Shown here piece after piece: positions 27,306 to 41,377 of a stretch of 63,469 bases of DNA (position 1 is the first letter of the stretch; every line of letters begins with the position of its first letter). The position numbers and the translations under genes were made by a program. The stretch is from assembly GCF_001194135.2 (NCBI RefSeq), contig NC_068988.1, forward strand, positions 11,094,696-11,158,164. The letters are read 5' to 3'. Source of the DNA: Octopus bimaculoides (taxonomy: Eukaryota). Under the pieces are notes generated by a model. It saw nothing but the letters and a program-made list of their open reading frames with translations. It ran no database searches and was not told where the DNA came from.

Positions 27306-28523
27306 NNNNNNNNNNNNNNNNNNNNNNNNNNNNNNNNNNNNNNNNNNNNNNNNNNNNNNNNNNNNNNNNNNNNNNNNNNNNNNNNNNNNNNNNNNNNNNN
27401 NNNNNNNNNNNNNNNNNNNNNNNNNNNNNNNNNNNNNNNNNNNNNNNNNNNNNNNNNNNNNNNNNNNNNNNNNNNNNNNNNNNNNNNNNNNNNNNNNNNN
27501 NNNNNNNNNNNNNNNNNNNNNNNNNNNNNNNNNNNNNNNNNNNNNNNNNNNNNNNNNATAAATATATATTTATACACACGCACACATAAGCACATGTACG
27601 ACGCATATATAAACAGCTTGATAAGTAGATAGATCGATAGATTAATAGATTAATAGATTAATAGATTCATACATATATACATACAATACATACATACGCA
27701 GTTACATACGTACATACATCCATAGATCCATACATACATGCATGCATGTATGCATACATACTTACACACATACATCCATACATGCATGCATACATAGATA
27801 CATAAATACATACATATCGCTCTATTCATATATCCATATATTTCTGTATCTCTATACAGTGGGGTGCTTATGTGTGCTTGGAAGATTTGCATATTTAATT
27901 GTGTATCTTTATTTGTTCGTTTGTTTGATTGTATATTTGTGTGCCTGAGCACACGCGCAAGCGCATGTGTACGTATGAGGAAATAAAAGATAAAAGTATA
28001 AAATGTTTATTAATTTAGTAATATTCGCACTGCATATCCTAACGCTAGAATCAATTTCAATATTCCAGCAAACGTCTGAGCATATATGCATAATGATTGT
28101 GTTTCGTTAATATGTAAATACACGCAGAGTTGATAAATCTATCACGTGTTTGTATGAGTGAGACACTCACAAACACACAAGAAACATATATGTGCCTACG
28201 GGTATATATATTCATGTTCATACACCATGTGATGTAAATATATGTATATATACATATTTATATCGATATATTTGTGATTGTGGGCATGTGTATATGTGAA
28301 TGCTGGTGTGTAAATGTGAGAGAGGGAAAGCATGAATCTGCGGGCGGTGATAAAAAAATGATATCAAAATATAGAAAGTAGAAATCGGGATTTAAATCCA
28401 AATGGAAGCTGGTGAAAAAATTAACGTGATTTGTGTGAAACCTGAAAGGAAACACGTAGATACATCAATACACGAGTAGATAGTCAGACACAGAGAAACA
28501 CACATATATATCTAGAGACATAT

Positions 28524-28526
28524 ACA

Positions 28527-28580
<54 letters not shown>

Positions 28581-28690
28581 GAGAGAAAGAGAGAGAGAGA
28601 GTGAGAGAGAGAAAAAGAGAGAGAGAAAGAGAGAGACAGTCAGACGGACTGACAGATATGTATAGAGAGAGAAAGAAAGGAAGAAAGAAG

Positions 28691-28749
<59 letters not shown>

Positions 28750-28750
28750 T
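28524..28750. repeat. Compound (TA)n/(GA)n/(GATA)n microsatellite
   Basis: Direct read. Confidence 0.95.
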
Positions 28751-29404
28751 TTCTGACACTATCATGTAATAAACGTCTCGGATAAAAGGTAAAAAGAAAC
28801 ACAAACGCACAGAAGCCACTAACGTTCGTTTATATTCTGATTTCTTGTGAGAAGTTTGGAGCGCCAAACTTCCATTTCTTGGGGTTACTTGTTGTTTGAC
28901 ATCTGATATACTTAAAAGGGATATCTCTGCTCTTCTACGTGAAGCGAAGAGGGAAAAATCGAATAAATAAAATATTTTTCTGACATCTTCAATAGATTAC
29001 ACAATAAATTTGATAGATGCACGTAAGTAAAAAAGATACATTAGATCGCATAAAATGGCGGACAGAGGGTGTAGTAAATAATCCTATACAAGTTTGCAGT
29101 GAACAAGTATTGGCGCTATCCTGGCTTGGAGTGACCACAATATATAAAAAGACAAGTTATATACGCTATATAAAATGAGGTTGTAACATTTCAGACTTAT
29201 GTATCGTGCATATTAATAAAGAATGGCAGAACTTTAAAACTGCCCTAATGTGATTGTGTCAACATAAAGTAATACAGTGTTCCCTTGAAGTGCCATTGTG
29301 GAACTTCATCAATGTGCGCTATGAAGAACCACTGCAGAGAATGTATACCATCAACATGATTAAACGCACTTATGGAACAAATATAAATAACCAGGCATTC
29401 TATT

Positions 29405-29730
29405 TACTCTACTCTCTTTACTCTTTTACATGTTTCAGTCATTTGGCCGTGGCAATGCTGGAGCACCGTCTTGAGTCGAGAAAATCGACCTCGGGACTTA
29501 TTCTTTGTAAGCCGAGTACTTATTCTATCGGCCTCTTTTGCCGAAGCTCCAAGTTACGGGGACATGAATGCACCAGCATCGGTTGTCAAGCAATGCTACG
29601 GGAACAANNNNNNNNNNCACAATGCTTTGGTTGGCCCGAGGTTATAGTAGAAGACACTTGCCCAAGATGCCACGCAGCGGGACTGGACCCGGAACCATGT
29701 GGTTGGTAAGCAAGCTACTTACCACACAGT
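29405..29730 (-). mobile_element. SINE family B with central part missing at a 10-N gap
   Basis: Tail, 3' body and head blocks present. Confidence 0.88.
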
Positions 29731-31128
29731 CTCTATCTTACGTTTTCCTATATTTTTTTCCTTTACCGCTATCCTATATGTCGTCATTTCATTAATCTAT
29801 ACACTTATTTTACCCTCTACGAAATACACTTACCTTGTATTGGTTGGCTGGGATTACAATAAACAGCACTTGGAAAATGTGATGCTCGGTTGAAATGGTC
29901 ATGAAATCACGTGATTGTACAGTAAGCGTCTTCACCAAACTGTCACGGCGGCGCGTTTTTTAAATTTTTTTTAGATTATATTCCAAATTAAATATATATA
30001 ACTGAGTTCAGCAAAATTTCTTTCGGAATCGAACCTGTTTTCCTCCGACACAGTAATTCATATTCATTTCTACAATATGTCAATACTCGCACTTGGTTTT
30101 ATATATAAAAAAAAAACATTCCTTTGTTTCGCATTTATCCGCTTTTATTTATGTATCTTTAAATCAACGATATATTTCCTCTTGTTTTGTTTCTTTTTAT
30201 CAGCTCTTATTTGTCTATATATATATTTTTTTCTTTTATAGAATATTTTAACGAGTTGCCTAAATATTTTCAGTTGCAAGCCGTTACGACTTAGGTTTAG
30301 CAATGCTTTCTTGCTCGTTATATTTTTCTTGCACAAGGATTTATCTCTATGAAGGTATTTTTATCACCGTAATTGAGATTATTTTCCTATAAGCCGCATG
30401 TTATTGCAGTGTGTTTCTTTATAACTGTTGTATTCATGTTTCCACTTCTTTCGTTTTCGGTTGTATTTTTTTCTCGTTTGGCTGAGCTGTATAGTAATTC
30501 TTCATGCGAAGGTTTGTTTATCTACTTACTATGCTTCAATCTTTTGTTATTTTCAATCTAATTTCGTTTCTGCTTTGTTACGAAAGTCCCTCCCCTTTAT
30601 ACATGGCCGTTTATTTTATTTACTATTTATTGTTTTATAGAAGCTCCTCAATCTCCTATCTGAAACATTCCATTGCTTTATTCCAATATTTTTTTCTCTT
30701 CTTCAGGAAGTTCTATATCTATAACCATATTCACACTGATTATGAATGTGAGAATGTGTTGTTGCAACTTATTTGCATTAGATTCTTTTCTTACTTCTAA
30801 CATTTTCAATCTCCATATCCCATAACGACTCTTGTGCCGTAGATAAAAGTGTGATTAATGCAAAAGCCGTGTAACAGATAGCACATCCATCATTACAGGA
30901 CATTGATACTAGTTCAGTTAAATCAACATTTGAAGAAAAGTTCAGTTAAAAGCATTTGTTACGTTACTGTACGTTCAGACGTTTTCGAAATTATAGCGTC
31001 TTCTTGATAAGTACATAGCTCTGTGTTATATTATAATGTTTGTGATTGTGAATGTACATGGCTGCATACTTTTATGTATGAGCCTATATATCAGTATCTG
31101 AGTGTGTGTGTATGTATACTTATGTGTG

Positions 31129-31192
<64 letters not shown>

Positions 31193-31244
31193 AACACACA
31201 CACCGAAGATGGCGATCTATTTTAAACTGATGTAATATTTGCAG

Positions 31245-31331
31245 TGTTCGATTCAATTGACCCGCCTGAAACGCGGGGGTGTACGCACAATTCTGGCTCA
31301 AAGAGAATGGAATGGAGCATACCACCAACAG
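31245..31331 (+). CDS. Candidate 87-nt frame-preserving exon, product unassigned
   Basis: CTGAT branch-like motif 31227-31231, TATTTGCAG| acceptor, CAG|GTATGT donor, GC/CpG above flanks; open in phase 0 (CSIQLTRLKRGGVRTILAQREWNGAYHQQ) and phase 1 (FDSIDPPETRGCTHNSGSKRMEWSIPPT). Confidence 0.4.
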
Positions 31332-31786
31332 GTATGTAATAAGAGGTAAAAGCGTGAGATCGTACAATAGAACATCGCGGGTCTAGAGGAAACGCTCATC
31401 TCATTCAGGCAAGACATAACTAAAAGCCGTTCCAAAGCAACTCTATCATACGTGCATAAGATCACAATATCATGCAAACATAAGCTGAAAGCATCCTTCC
31501 TAGAACTCGAACAGATAATTTCAAAACAGAGAAATACTAACCAAACATAGCATCAAATTGAACAAGAGAAGAACATATAAGCAAAATATGCAGAAATAGA
31601 AAAACACTTACTTTCCTATTTTATATCACTGTACTACGAGAAGTAATTAAAGGACTCTTTAAGGAAACATCATTTGTCAGCTTAAACAATGAACTTCACC
31701 ACCGAAACAATATTTGCGTCCTGACCCTACAATATCTGAATTCAATGAGGATGTGCCTACTCTGACAGAGGGCAAACCAATGACCT

Positions 31787-32062
31787 GTAATCTTCAAGTT
31801 TAGGGGGATAAAAAAAATAAATAAAAATATTCAAGGGAAATAACTGAACGACTTACTAGTATTATCCGTTTTCTTCTAGCTGTTTATAAATAAATCACAC
31901 CCTAACCCTAATCCTAACCCTAACCCTAACCCTAACGTCAATCAAATCACGTGTGTGATTTATTTATAAACAGAGATGTACGGAGAATACTGGTAAGACG
32001 TTCAGTTACTTCCCTTGAATATTTTTATTTATTTTTTTTATCCTCCTAAACTTGAAGATTAC
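31787..32062. mobile_element. Foldback/MULE-like non-autonomous DNA element: ~110-bp TIRs, 10-bp TSD, (CCCTAA)n spacer
   Basis: Arms 31787-31900 and 31953-32062 are near-identical reverse complements; flanks CCAATGACCT (31777-31786) and CCAATGCCCT (32063-32072). Confidence 0.85.
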
Positions 32063-32991
32063 CCAATGCCCTATACTACTCATCATGACACATACGCATA
32101 CCAATATCAAAACAAGTCCAGTCTCACCACTCATTCCTCCCTCTTCTTTGTCATTACTCTTCTTATTTTCCCTTTCCATTACCTTCCTGTCCTCCATGTA
32201 AAGGACGAATAGAACCGTCCATATACCCCACTGAAACGTTTGATTGTTCAAAATTGATAAACGCCCCTCAGTAAAGTTCCCTTATTCAAACTTTAATACT
32301 ATATCGCCTGAAGAAATGAACGTATGAACTAAGACCCATATGATCTCCCGGGATATTACGGATTGCATTGTTATCATCCCAGGAATATGGACAATGGGGG
32401 TGTATGTATGTATGTATACATAAAGCAGAAGTGGGAGATATTTTAGGTTTAAACAAATTATAGTCGAATACCTATTGTACTGAGCAATGATTATATAAGC
32501 AGATCAATACATATTGATATATATATATATATATTTATGTGTGTGTATGTGCGTATGTTACTGTGTGTGCGTATGTTACTGTGTGTATGTATGCATTCTA
32601 TGTGTGATGTTTTGTTTAATAAATATTATTCCACTGAACTGTATATTAGAAGAATCATCAGCTAAATCACCTGAGTATATGCTAAGAGTTTTCGGTTCGA
32701 CTTTCTGCGTTGTGAGTTCAAATCCCTTCGATGTCTATACTCCCCTTTGTATTTTCCTATTTAATAACACAATTTCATCATTGTGTTGATTAAATTTTCT
32801 TTTCTCGATTTTCTTCAAAATCATACTTTTAATTCAAACGTCCGACCTACCAAACAATGTTCCGTTCATTCAACGCGTGCATTAACATCACCCATATGTG
32901 AAGATTATTCGACCACTTAAAACGTTATGATTTAAACCGCCCAAATATTCTACCAGTTTCATTATCAAGTCAGCTATACCCCGTATCTCAC

Positions 32992-33450
32992 GAAGGCGGC
33001 GAGCTGGCAGAAACGTTAACACGCTGGGCGAAATGCTTAGCTGTATGTCAGCAGCTACGTTCTGAGTTCAAATTCCGCCGAGGTCGACTTTGCCTTTCAT
33101 CTTTTTGCGGTTGATTAAATAAGTACCAGTTACGCACTGGGGTCAATATAATCGACCTAATCTGTTTGTCTGTCCTTGTTTTTCCCCTTTGTGTGTAGCC
33201 CCTTGTGGGCAGTAAAGAAATTAGAAACGTTAGCGTGCCGGGCGAAATGTTTAGCGGTATTTCGTTTGTCTTTACGTTCTGAGTTCATATTCCACCGAGT
33301 TCGACATTGCCTTTCAACCTTTCGGGGTCGATAAATTAAGTACTAGTTGCTTACTGGTACTTAATCGACTTGCCTCCTAGTTGCTTACTGGTACTAATCG
33401 ACTGGCCTCTTCCACCAATATTTTGGGTCTTGTGCCTAGAGTGGAAAAGC
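32992..33450 (+). mobile_element. Two tandem SINE family A copies (32992-33222, 33223-33450) with different tails
   Basis: First ends ...CCCCTTGTGGGCAGTAAAGAAATT; second starts AGAAACGTTAGC, carries a ~35-bp internal duplication (33342-33405) and ends CTTGTGCCTAGAGTGGAAA. Confidence 0.9.
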
Positions 33451-34846
33451 ATATCCGGCATCTCACAACTAACTATTCTTCTGAAAACAAACAATGACAT
33501 CATCAAAATATTGTATCTAAGAGATAATGGGTGATTAGATAAATACAATGCGAATAAATAAGCTTTGCATATGACAAAGGGTTATAATGTGTGGTCTAAA
33601 GGGTTAACCATTGATTTTACAGTTAAGAATTCCGTGGATGACAGAAAGGAACTGTCATCATGAAGAACGACGGAGAACCAGTCATACATTTACAACAGAT
33701 CATACACTAAAAACGATATTATTTCATTTCATGCTTTGAAGCTATAAATGCTTCTACATCGAGTGAGTTAGAAATTATGTTTTTTGATTTGTATCATGCA
33801 TGTGTACCCCTCTCTGGAATTGTCTTCCTCGAGACAGAATATAAGTTGGGAAGACTATAAAATGTTTATGTCCATAACGTCTGTTTTTTTCATATATTTC
33901 AAGTCTTGTCGCCTTTCTTCTGCATTTATATCAAAGTTTTATTTCACTCTTTTTTTTTTTCCCATCTTCTTTCTCTCGTTTTCCTCGATTTAGTTTCACA
34001 TTCCCTTATTTTCACTAAACTAATCGGAAATCTGTTATTTATTGTTGTATTTTATATTTGTGATTGTTTCTTATATANNNNNNNNNNNNNNNNNNNNNNN
34101 NNNNNNNNNNNNNNNNNNNNNNNNNNNNNNNNNNNNNNNNNNNNNNNNNNNNNNNNNNNNNNNNNNNNNNNNNNNNNNNNNNNNNNNNNNNNNNNNNNNN
34201 NNNNNNNNNNNNNNNNNNNNNNNNNNNNNNNNNNNNNNNNNNNNNNNNNNNNNNNNNNNNNNNNNNNNNNNNNNNNNNNNNNNNNNNNNNNNNNNNNNNN
34301 NNNNNNNNNNNNNNNNNNNNNNNNNNNNNNNNNNNNNNNNNNNNNNNNNNNNNNNNNNNNNNNNNNNNNNNNNNNNNNNNNNNNNNNNNNNNNNNNNNNN
34401 NNNNNNNNNNNNNNNNNNNNNNNNNNNNNNNNNNNNNNNNNNNNNNNNNNNNNNNNNNNNNNNNNNNNNNNNNNNNNNNNNNNNNNNNNNNNNNNNNNNN
34501 NNNNNNNNNNNNNNNNNNNNNNNNNNNNNNNNNNNNNNNNNNNNNNNNNNNNNNNNNNNNNNNNNNNNNNNNNNNNNNNNNNNNNNNNNNNNNNNNNNNN
34601 NNNNNNNNNNNNNNNNNNNNNNNNNTATATATATATATATATATATATGCACATACACAAACGTTATGTATATATGTGTATTTAGGTATGTATAAATAAA
34701 TATATAAATACATATTAACGTATGTGTGTGTATCTTTGTGTTTATGGATGTAACCACGTGTACATGTGCGAGTCTTTGTGCATCCCTGTGCTCGTATGAG
34801 TGAACCGCTCCCCGCACACAAATATACATACATATATATATATATT

Positions 34847-34882
<36 letters not shown>

Positions 34883-35682
34883 AGTGCGTCAATATAGATA
34901 TATATGTATGTGTGTGTCTGTGTGTCTGTGTGTCTATGTATATATACATATATATGTGTACGTATGTATATCTTAACTCGCATGCTCATACACATTCAAG
35001 GACACACGTACGCATATTTGTATTTGCTTACATTCCTGAATAGAAAAAATATTTTCAAATATTCTACCTATAGTTTTCGTTTTCATGTTTTATTCTTTTT
35101 CTTTTGCGATCAACTTTTTTACAACTCTTCATCTTTATGTCTCTTCTCTTTCTGTATACTGCCTTTGTTGTTCGTTATTAAGTATTTGAATTGTTGAGAG
35201 AGACCACACAAGTTTACTTCGAAAATTTTATAACGTCTGAATTATTCCAATTATTATAGTAATACCAACAGCGACTAAGGGATCTCTACCCTACATACTA
35301 AATATAACCATCTCAACTACAATTTAAAATGCCAATTCCATACCAAGAATACCTCGATTCACATTGGCAGGGAAATTCTCCAGAACTCTTTGTACAATTC
35401 GGGCAAGTACGTTTAATGTTTAATTTTTCTGACCTTCCTCCTAACTGTGTCATGTATAAGAATTAGAGAAATAGCATATAACAAAATTGGATATATGTGT
35501 TTGTTTAATTATGCAAATAGACAAGGAATTTACCCGCTCTAATATTATAGGACTGGTCAGCCAGTTTATTACATGAAACATTATTAAGGATGTTTTGATA
35601 TAAGAATCTCTGAGTGTGTCCTTCATTCCCTGTTTAATATGTACTGTCTCTCTGTATCTCTTAAGTTCTCCCAATACTTACA

Positions 35683-36112
35683 CTCGGCCTATGTTTGGCA
35701 ACATAATTCTGCACCATGCCACACAAACAAGAGAAGCCAGACGTGGCTCAATGACAATTTCTGCGAACACATAACCTCTAACAGCTGGTTACATAACTCC
35801 CCACACTGCAACCACCTTGATTATTATTTGCAGGCGAAGTTGAGCCAGAGACCCAAAAAAACTCCGTGCAACATCAATGATGAACTGAAGGGAAATAGTG
35901 TGGCAGTATTCACCAGCTTAAACAAGATTTGCAGGAGATTCCGAAGTCGCCCGGATCCCGTAGTTGAAGCCAATGGCGATTGTGTCGAATAGGCTTACTC
36001 TTTAGTATTTAAAAATATTTCTATATAATTTTGGTAAATATATTTGTTAAAATGAGATGCCAGTGTTATTTTCATTTTTTCGTAATTCTGTAGACAATTT
36101 ATTTACCATACC

Positions 36113-36113
<1 letters not shown>
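35683..36113 (+). mobile_element. 5'-truncated DD37D (maT-like) Tc1/mariner transposase remnant
   Basis: ORF 35639-35992 contains YVWQHNSAPCH...WLHNSPHCNHLDYY, 37 residues between the second and third catalytic positions; 3' noncoding end matches 48350-48470. Confidence 0.88.
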
Positions 36114-36200
<87 letters not shown>

Positions 36201-36289
36201 ATGTGTTTTGTTTACGCGTTTACATATATATATCAGTTTCTGTTACTCGTAGTCTTCTTTTTTTTATTTATATATGAACTGTTTTACTG

Positions 36290-36336
<47 letters not shown>

Positions 36337-36798
36337 TGTCTCTGTGTCTGTGAGTCTGTGTGTACACATATACTTGTTTGCGCGTTATTTGTGTAAATGC
36401 TTGCATACGTATGTATAAGTGAAACGATTTAAGCACGTAATTAGTATGTAAACCTCATGATCTTATTAATCTAATTAGCATTGTAATCAGTGTTGCTGAT
36501 GTTTTACTAATGCTATTATTATTATTATTGCCGTTGTTGTTGCTGTTGATGATGTTTTTTTTTCTCTTTTGTTAATATTCAAGGATATAGGCTGTTTAGT
36601 ACTAAAATCAACAATCCAATTAACGAACGAGCGGTGGATTTTTAAAGTTCGGTATGAAATAATCAATACAATACAGAGAGAAAAGAAAAAAAACGAACGA
36701 GATAAGCCACTTTTACAGAGAAACAAATAAAAGATAAATATGCGTTCTTATTACTGGTTTTGAACACCAGGGAATATCTGATTGTCCTTTTTTTGCAG

Positions 36799-36835
36799 CA
36801 ACTGCGCTTCTTTCAAAGAAATCTAGCTTGGTTCA
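36799..36835 (+). CDS. Candidate 37-nt exon (QLRFFQRNLAWF)
   Basis: TCCTTTTTTTGCAG| acceptor and TCA|GTGAGC donor. Confidence 0.15.
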
Positions 36836-37237
36836 GTGAGCTGGTACAGTTTACAGATTTCAGTCGAAACTATATCTACTTCCTGAATTTTTTATGAAAA
36901 AGGAAAGACGAATGCAATTTCCATACATCGTACCCAATCAAGTAGCGCCTATAAGCCTATGTGGTACGTTGCCAAAACAAAAGTTACTCTTAATTGAAGT
37001 TGGTCACCGCTCAATTATTCCTTTTGAACTGAGAAAACATGCGCCAATGCATGACTAAGAAGACAAAATTAAAGAACCCTGCAGTTCTCGGTAAACCAGA
37101 TTGATGTAATCAAGTTCGAATTAGACGGCATCAATGCTATTTGTTTGCAAGTTTATAGATTTATAAGTTCAAACATTACTATCACCATCATTACTATTTA
37201 TACTAGTAGTAGAATAGTAGAACTGTGTCCTACAACA

Positions 37238-37239
<2 letters not shown>

Positions 37240-37315
<76 letters not shown>

Positions 37316-37324
37316 ATTGCCGGG

Positions 37325-37384
<60 letters not shown>

Positions 37385-37394
37385 ATTGCTGGTG

Positions 37395-37448
<54 letters not shown>

Positions 37449-37510
37449 TATTTCAAATAATGATAGCAATGAATAACAGTAATATTTACATACTAGTACT
37501 AATATTCTTC

Positions 37511-37542
<32 letters not shown>

Positions 37543-37582
37543 ATTATCATTATTATTATTATTATTATTGTTATTATTATTA

Positions 37583-37617
<35 letters not shown>

Positions 37618-37740
37618 GTTATTGTTATTATTATTGATTTTGTTGTTGTATTAGTAGTAGTAGTAGTGGCGTTATTATTTGTACTACTACTATTATTAAT
37701 GCTGTTGCTGTTGTTGTTGTTGTTGTTGTTGTTGTTGTAT
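37240..37740. repeat. Compound trinucleotide array (ACT)n(GCT)n repeated, then (ATT)n, (GTA)n, (GTT)n
   Basis: Direct read; ATTGC(C/T)GG spacer recurs, indicating block duplication. Confidence 0.95.
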
Positions 37741-38696
37741 TTGTTAGTGTTGTATAGAGATATCGTTTCGTATATTAGATTATATAAAGGAAATAGCAGA
37801 AATATTTATGTCACGATTCAATTGAATAAATATTGTTGGCGCAAAAGTAAGTGAGCATGTTATTAGAAATTGTGCATTCGTAGTCATGTTATCAGCATAT
37901 CATGATATTACTGATAATATCATTTTCCGAATGATATCGTATGCTGATAACAATTTATGAAGTTACTGAATGTATGCTCAAATATTTTAGCAGTGTACTG
38001 AGACATTGCCTCTCCTAAGTGTTTTAATCATTGTTTGTTTTTATTCCAAGTGTTCGAGAGTACACAATGACGTCAAGGGAAGCGCAAACGCAGTCTGATA
38101 GAAATAGCACGGCTGAGTTTTTAAGAAGACATTTTGTCTACCCCCTGATTTCGGGTTCGCTTCCAGTGCGTGGGACCTTGGTGAGGTGTCTCTTAATATA
38201 GCTCCTGAATGATCAATGCCTTTTGAGTGAATTTAGTAGATGCACACTGTGAGGTGCGTGTGATATATATGCGAATGGTTTTTACAGTATTGGTAAAAAC
38301 CACGCTTGAAGATTCCAGAATGGTGGCTGATATTTTACTTCGTTAAAAGCTTGTTTTAAGGTTTTATATTCATTCATTCTCTATATTAAATATATTTGTG
38401 CTCATTTCAGTGCATGATCCTCTACTGTCGACAGCTCTCGGGGAGACAGTAAAAGAAAGTATAGCCAATGAGATAGAGTAAGCATGTGAGACACAAGCAC
38501 AAAGAGAGAGAGAAAGAGGGAGAGAGGGAGAGGGAGAGAAAGAAAGAAAGAAAGAAAGAGAGATGCAGAGTGTGGAAGCCATCGGGAGTTGGAAAATTAG
38601 TTGAAGCTAAAACGAACAAGAGAGTGAGAAACGATGTGAGATAGAGGGGCGTAGAGAAAGAGAGATAGATATAGATATAGATATATAGAGAGAGAT

Positions 38697-38729
<33 letters not shown>

Positions 38730-39600
38730 AAGAAAGAGAGGGGGAGTCTACGCGCGCCAGAAAGACTGAGGTAAATTAAAACAAGACAAATATAAAACAA
38801 CAATAGAAGTTAAAGATTTTCGAACTGCGGTATATTGACGAGTGTGTATGAAGCATTAGGTACATATATGTATGCGCATGCGTATGTGTTGGATGTACAC
38901 ACACACCATGAGTATATAAACGTGTATATACATATATATACACCTTTATATAATAAATATATGAGTGTTTGTATTTATTTACATGCTTTTATGTCGATGT
39001 GCTGATATGCGTATCCCTGTATGTGTTTATAAACATTAATGTATATGCTCATATGTACTTGATTTTAAAAAATCTCCTTTGATATGAAAGTTATATATAT
39101 ATATATATGTGCATGCATGTGTTTGCAGAACCAAGAGAGACGGAGGAGAAAGAGAGAGAAAGAGAGTGAGAAACAGAAACTGAGAGAGAAATAGTGTGAG
39201 AGACAGACAGACACACAGCGAGAAACTTGTAAAAAGATTGAGAAAACTAGTGAAAATATGGAAACATTACGTAAGGGAAAAATCAATGACTGTCTTAGTA
39301 GGAAATGAATTTCAAAATGGTTTGGTGGCGCATTTTTTTCTGAAATATTATATAAATAAAACGAAAGCGAGCAGACTAACAATAATAGATAAAGAGTAAA
39401 ATTGACACATTAATGAATAAGAAATATGTGAATATTGTAACGAAGAAATATATGCGAAAAAGCATGTTATATTACTATTTATCGACCAATTTATCTATCT
39501 TCGCCTGTGTGAGCATGTAATTATGTATGTATATATTTGTATATCTATATCACTGTATGTGTACATATATTTATATATAGATATGTATATATATTTACAA

Positions 39601-39638
<38 letters not shown>

Positions 39639-40552
39639 NNNNNNNNNNNNNNNNNNNNNNNNNNNNNNNNNNNNNNNNNNNNNNNNNNNNNNNNNNNNNN
39701 NNNNNNNNNNNNNNNNNNNNNNNNNNNNNNNNNNNNNNNNNNNNNNNNNNNNNNNNNNNNNNNNNNNNNNNNNNNNNNNNNNNNNNNNNNNNNNNNNNNN
39801 NNNNNNNNNNNNNNNNNNNNNNNNNNNNNNNNNNNNNNNNNNNNNNNNNNNNNNNNNNNNNNNNNNNNNNNNNNNNNNNNNNNNNNNNNNNNNNNNNNNN
39901 NNNNNNNNNNNNNNNNNNNNNNNNNNNNNNNNNNNNNNNNNNNNNNNNNNNNNNNNNNNNNNNNNNNNNNNNNNNNNNNNNNNNNNNNNNNNNNNNNNNN
40001 NNNNNNNNNNNNNNNNNNNNNNNNNNNNNNNNNNNNNNNNNNNNNNNNNNNNNNNNNNNNNNNNNNNNNNNNNNNNNNNNNNNNNNNNNNNNNNNNNNNN
40101 NNNNNNNNNNNNNNNNNNNNNNNNNNNNNNNNNNNNNNNNNNNNNNNNNNNNNNNNNNNNNNNNNNNNNNNNNNNNNNNNNNNNNNNNNNNNNNNNNNNN
40201 NNNNNNNNNNNNNNNNNNNNNNNNNNNNNNNNNNNNNNNNNNNNNNNNNNNNNNNNNNNNNNNNNNNNNNNNNNNNNNNNNNNNNNNNNNNNNNNNNNNN
40301 NNNNNNNNNNNNNNNNNNNNNNNNNNNNNNNNNNNNNNNNNNNNNNNNNNNNNNNNNNNNNNNNNNNNNNNNNNNNNNNNNNNNNNNNNNNNNNNNNNNN
40401 NNNNNNNNNNNNNNNNNATATATATATATAGACATATATATATATACATATATACATATACATATATATATATACACACATACACACACATATATATATA
40501 TACATATATATATATAGATATATATATATATATATATATATGTGTATACATT

Positions 40553-40600
<48 letters not shown>

Positions 40601-41074
40601 AATGACAAAGAAAAGAAAGTATTATGAGAAGCAGAGTATGCGCACGAGCGAGATAGAGTGAGAGAGAGAGAGAGCGAGAGAGAGAGAGAGCGACGGAGAA
40701 GTATATGTAGAATATATATATATATATGTTAATGCACTTGTATGTTTGTATCATAAGTGGTATAAAAGAAGAACATTAACATAATAAATATCTCTATACA
40801 TGCAATTCCATGAGTTAAGTGTGAGTCTTTTGTAAAGGAAATTCATAAATTTATATAAAATATGGAACAAGACAATTGGTAACCACAGTCTATTAATGAG
40901 CAACGATGATGAAAACATGAGAATTAGAAGGTGTCATGTTCTTTTTATTATATTTCTAAGAGACGAGGAATTGTATATATTTGCTCGAACGCTGTTTTCA
41001 TAAGATCGTAGGTTTTGTAGTTTTTCCGTTTCATGTTGGTTCAACTTTGCCCGCAACTTATCGAAATATCTAAG

Positions 41075-41105
<31 letters not shown>

Positions 41106-41377
41106 TGAGGTAGGTAGATATTTAGGTAGACAGAGAGATATATGCATACATAAAGACATACATACACATACATAAAAACATGCGTACATACATAAATACA
41201 AACATACTCACACACATACCTATATATGAGCCCGTGTGTGTATGTATATATATGCTTAGACACAAACATGCATGTATGCATGTATATATCTATGTATGTT
41301 TCTATGTCTGTATTTATGTGTGCATAATATACATATTTTATATATTGTATTTACCGCAAATTTCTTTAATTTTTTAA

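Noticed and set aside
31899-31936. (CCCTAA)n as a chromosome end or fusion scar
   Set aside because: Only ~6 units and enclosed by TIRs and a TSD; part of a mobile element.
37145-37854. Poly-T/A/L/S ORFs
   Set aside because: Trinucleotide arrays.
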